Shown piece after piece: positions 32,465-35,496 of a DNA stretch of 35,496 nucleotides. This DNA is from Licmophora abbreviata (taxonomy: Eukaryota). The stretch is from contig OLMU01000858.1 in assembly GCA_900291995.1 (NCBI GenBank), positions 1 to 35,496 of the forward strand, given 5' to 3'. A model generated the notes under the pieces. It was not told the origin of the DNA and did not search any database. It saw only the letters and a list, made by a program, of their open reading frames with translations. A program made the translations under genes and the position numbers. Numbering within the stretch: the first letter of the stretch is position 1; every line of letters begins with the position of its first letter.

Positions 32465-34927
32465 TCATCGGACTGACGCTCTGCCCTTTTCTTTTATTCG
32501 AAATATGCGCTGGAATTCTTCCCACTTGACGTCGCCCGACTCGTCCAAGTCGAGTGACTTCAACACGTGCTTCAGATCGGCCTCGGGGATTGTCGGGTCC
32601 ATACGAAGGAGCATAGTTCGTAAGTTTTCAAGTGAAATCTTGCCGCTACTGTCTTCGTCTGCGGCTTCAAATGCTGCTCGTAGGTCCCTACTATCGGAAG
32701 GAAATCGTTTCTTCGTCTTGAAGACGATTGCTTTCTGCAGCTCACGCCGCATACAGATATCGTACATGGACTCCTTCACGTGTGGCGAGCTTCGTCGAAA
32801 AAAAATGTTGAAGTCGCGCACTCGCATCGCAAGAACCTTGCACTCGTCGCTCACGCATAGGCCACTCGAATTCCGTTTCCGCCCCGTGATCAGTGCGTGC
32901 TCTCCACACAATTCTCCTGGTTGTGTCAAGGTAAAGACTGTGCGATCTTCCACAACTACCTCGATCTTGCCCTCGTTCAGAACAAATAACTCCCTGCCAT
33001 CTTCACCAGTTTCGTACAGATATTCACCCCGCTTGAACATCTTATCCACCATGCTTGCCTGCATCTGTAGCAATGACGTGGCTCGACTCCTCTGCCTAGA
33101 TCGGCTCTTCTCACGCAAGTTCAAGGCGAGGCCCATATCGGATCCGGCAAGGTACTTATCAAAGTATTCACGGCTGATTTGGATCACGTGCACCGGCGTT
33201 ACACATCGAATGGTTCCGGAACGGATCTTTTCGGGATGAAGGAGCGCCCCCTCTCCGAATATGTCGCCAGCAGATCTTCGATTGCTAGACCCAGCCTTGG
33301 TCGAGACTTCTATGGTACCCGAGTTGATCACATACATGGAATCACCGGTTTCGCCCTCCCTGTAAATGGTATGACCTTTGGGGTAATACCGGTTCTGCAA
33401 GCTGTCCGAGATCAGATCTTCGAACTGCGAAAGTGAAAGCTGAGACGAGTCTTCACCATCCATGACACCTTCCCGAGCGAGTCCACCAAGATCCCTTGTA
33501 TCAATGTACCCCTTGCGCTGCGGATCGAACGAGTGGAACGACCTTTCGATCAGAGACATGCGGCTGGAAACATCGCCTACATCTTCGTCTGACCAGGAGA
33601 GGAGGTTCTCGAACACCTGTTGTTCAATCCTTGTCTTGAACTTGCGAAACATGGACAGCTTCTTGTCGGAATCCGCCATCTTGTCTCGTTTGGCTGTTTC
33701 TCCCTTGACCCATGGGTGTCTTAGCGTTTCGAGTGCCGTGATGCGTCTCCTCGGATTCATGCACATTAGCTTGTCCATCAGATCAATAGCAGAGTCAGAT
33801 AAGTGGGCAGTTATGGGCGAATGCTTGAGCGGAGGCGGAGTCTTTGAAGCAATGGCCCGCTCGATTTCATCGTCCGGCGAATCACCAGTCAAGTCGTACG
33901 GATGCATACCCGTGAGCATGATATAAAGTATAATGCCTAGTGCCCACATATCCATGGGCGGTTCGATCTTTGACTCCTCTTTTCGTCTGTCCAGCAACTC
34001 AGGAGGACAATAGGCGGGAGTCTTTCCAGCCGAACCAGCTCGTGCGCCCTCTTCGCCCGTCTTACCCGAAAAAGCACTTCCTGTAGCCGTCACCTTTGCG
34101 CATCCAAAATCGACTACCTTGATCACAGCGTCGCTGGGATTATCGGTACTCAGCATTAGATTTTCCGGCTTGAGGTCGCCATGGGTGGTATCCATACCAT
34201 GGATGAAGGTAAGTGCAGAAGCCACTTCGCGGACCAACCGAGCTGCATCTGCCTCGGAGTAGGCACCGTTGGACACCAAATGATCAAACATCTCGCCACC
34301 AGATACCAAATCGAGAATGAGATAGTAGTGACCGCCTTCATTGAAATGTTCACGAAGCGAGCAGATATTGGGATGACCGCCAGCCTTCCGGAGGTGAAGC
34401 AGAGCATTCATTTCGTGCTGAAAAGAAACGTCGTCGGTGAACCTTTTTGAAATCTTCTTGAGAGCGACTTGCTCACCGGTCTTTCGGTCGGTTGCAAGGT
34501 AAACAGCTCCAAATGCCCCCTCTCCAAGAGGTTCTTCCCACTGGATCGCGTACTTGCTCTTGAGAGTCTGTCTAGAAGAGGTGTCGTCCATCTTTCGTAT
34601 CGTCTGGCGTCTGGCAAGATTAGTTCTTCTTCCAACTGGCGAAACCATATTGCCCGCCTCGCAGCTCGTGTTTGACTTCGAAAAGTGCGATACTGTCAAA
34701 GAGCTCAATCGGGGTACATTCCAGGTACGCACAGACAACGTTGATCTGTCAGGAAGGGCCACCACGGAAAGATTCGTCACAGTGCTGGTACCGGTATCTT
34801 TGTCACAGTCATGATCCAGTCTGGCGAGGATCGCGAGCGACACCGCCGCACCGCTCATCACTACCTGTCGATTGTGGCGCCCACCAGAGCGTCGGGCAAT
34901 AAGCGACAGCGATCTGCGTGTCCACAT
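32465..34927 (-). CDS. CAMK/CDPK-like Ser/Thr kinase fused to EF-hands and two cyclic-nucleotide-binding domains
   Basis: Kinase ~34552-33708 (LGEGAFGAV, VALK, HGDLKPEN, DFG, DMWALG); EF-like loop DPQRKGYIDTRDL; cNMP domains with FGEGALL..IRS and CGEHALI..KRN; C-terminal EF-hands DEDSSGKISLENL and DLDESGDVKWEEF. Single exon. Confidence 0.9.
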   Translation of the reverse strand: MWTRRSLSLIARRSGGRHNRQVVMSGAAVSLAILARLDHDCDKDTGTSTVTNLSVVALPDRSTLSVRTWNVPRLSSLTVSHFSKSNTSCEAGNMVSPVGRRTNLARRQTIRKMDDTSSRQTLKSKYAIQWEEPLGEGAFGAVYLATDRKTGEQVALKKISKRFTDDVSFQHEMNALLHLRKAGGHPNICSLREHFNEGGHYYLILDLVSGGEMFDHLVSNGAYSEADAARLVREVASALTFIHGMDTTHGDLKPENLMLSTDNPSDAVIKVVDFGCAKVTATGSAFSGKTGEEGARAGSAGKTPAYCPPELLDRRKEESKIEPPMDMWALGIILYIMLTGMHPYDLTGDSPDDEIERAIASKTPPPLKHSPITAHLSDSAIDLMDKLMCMNPRRRITALETLRHPWVKGETAKRDKMADSDKKLSMFRKFKTRIEQQVFENLLSWSDEDVGDVSSRMSLIERSFHSFDPQRKGYIDTRDLGGLAREGVMDGEDSSQLSLSQFEDLISDSLQNRYYPKGHTIYREGETGDSMYVINSGTIEVSTKAGSSNRRSAGDIFGEGALLHPEKIRSGTIRCVTPVHVIQISREYFDKYLAGSDMGLALNLREKSRSRQRSRATSLLQMQASMVDKMFKRGEYLYETGEDGRELFVLNEGKIEVVVEDRTVFTLTQPGELCGEHALITGRKRNSSGLCVSDECKVLAMRVRDFNIFFRRSSPHVKESMYDICMRRELQKAIVFKTKKRFPSDSRDLRAAFEAADEDSSGKISLENLRTMLLRMDPTIPEADLKHVLKSLDLDESGDVKWEEFQRIFRIKEKGRASVR

Positions 34928-35074
34928 GGGGATGTCTTGAAAAGATTAGTGGGACGCAGAGCCGTCAACGCCGGAAGAGAGACGGGCAATTGATGAACTT
35001 GAAACTCAGCTTCGATGCGGATAGAGGATGCGCGCGGTACAGGGTCTCAAGATCTTTGCTGAGAGAGTTCTGGG

Positions 35075-35098
35075 CAGACAGACAGACAGACAGACAGA
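35075..35098 (+). repeat. (CAGA)6 microsatellite
   Basis: Six tandem CAGA units, ~150 nt upstream of the kinase start. Confidence 0.85.
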
Positions 35099-35205
35099 CC
35101 TAAGATAGCGTCCCGGTCCGCCGTACGCCGACAACGCTCCGATAACGGCTGTGTAATTCAAATAATACAACTGAATATTTTATACTACGAATCCGCTAAC
35201 AATTG

Positions 35206-35264
35206 AAAAAAAAGAAAAAGTTAAGTAAAGTTAAGTAAAGTAAAGGAAAGTAAAGGAAAGTTAG
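35206..35264 (+). repeat. Purine-rich degenerate pentamer tandem array (TAAAG/TTAAG/GAAAG)
   Basis: aaaaaaaagaaaaagttaagtaaagttaagtaaagtaaaggaaagtaaaggaaagttag. Confidence 0.75.
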
Positions 35265-35496
35265 AGGAAATGATTTTTTGTGTACCAGACGTACGTGAAT
35301 CGTCGTAGAATTGCTTTGTCATTGGTGGCGGCATATTCACACACTGACAACGACCATCGACCATGAACAACGACCCTGCCGACACCCGTGCAAGCGCCAG
35401 AAAGGATCCATTGCGGCTCCCCGCACATTGACCGAAGTCGAAAATACACAGTTACGCGAGGTTCTACAGGAACAGCTTCCAAAGTCTCCCGATACG

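Noticed and set aside
35261..35496. Possible partial gene at the right edge (73-aa minus ORF, or an open + frame KRQKGSIAAPRTLTEVENTQLREVLQEQLP)
   Set aside because: No ATG or recognisable motif within the window; strand and frame cannot be resolved.

Overview
Gene-dense eukaryotic nuclear DNA, almost certainly from a diatom, probably pennate. This rests on short GT-AG introns (mostly 74-140 nt), bipartite plastid-targeting presequences with ASAFAP-like sites, a nucleus-encoded plastid sigma factor, and diatom-type membrane LRR and PhoX proteins. I reconstructed 16 protein-coding genes by reading splice sites by eye: LRR protein, NAA40, PhoX/DUF839, MCM5, ISY1, NDUFB4-like, a thylakoid-lumen protein, NCAPG2, plastid sigma factor, a hypothetical protein, an RNF5/RMA-like E3, a large SF1 helicase-nuclease, a CRAL-TRIO protein, a fructosamine-kinase family protein, a J-domain protein and a kinase-EF-hand-cNMP protein. 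I found no transposon, rRNA, tRNA or CRISPR array. The best leads are: (1) an intronless ~1575-aa protein with bacterial DUF4011-like / SF1 helicase / Vsr-like nuclease architecture, as in the Hhe anti-phage family, plus a eukaryote-style acidic tail with SIM-like and NLS-like motifs; (2) an outsized 363-nt intron in the complex I subunit gene containing a strongly base-paired, unidentified RNA element; (3) a Tat-targeted protein resembling only the lumenal domain of FtsH; (4) a putatively mitochondrial kinase with both EF-hands and two cyclic-nucleotide-binding domains. All family assignments come from motif recognition, not database searches.
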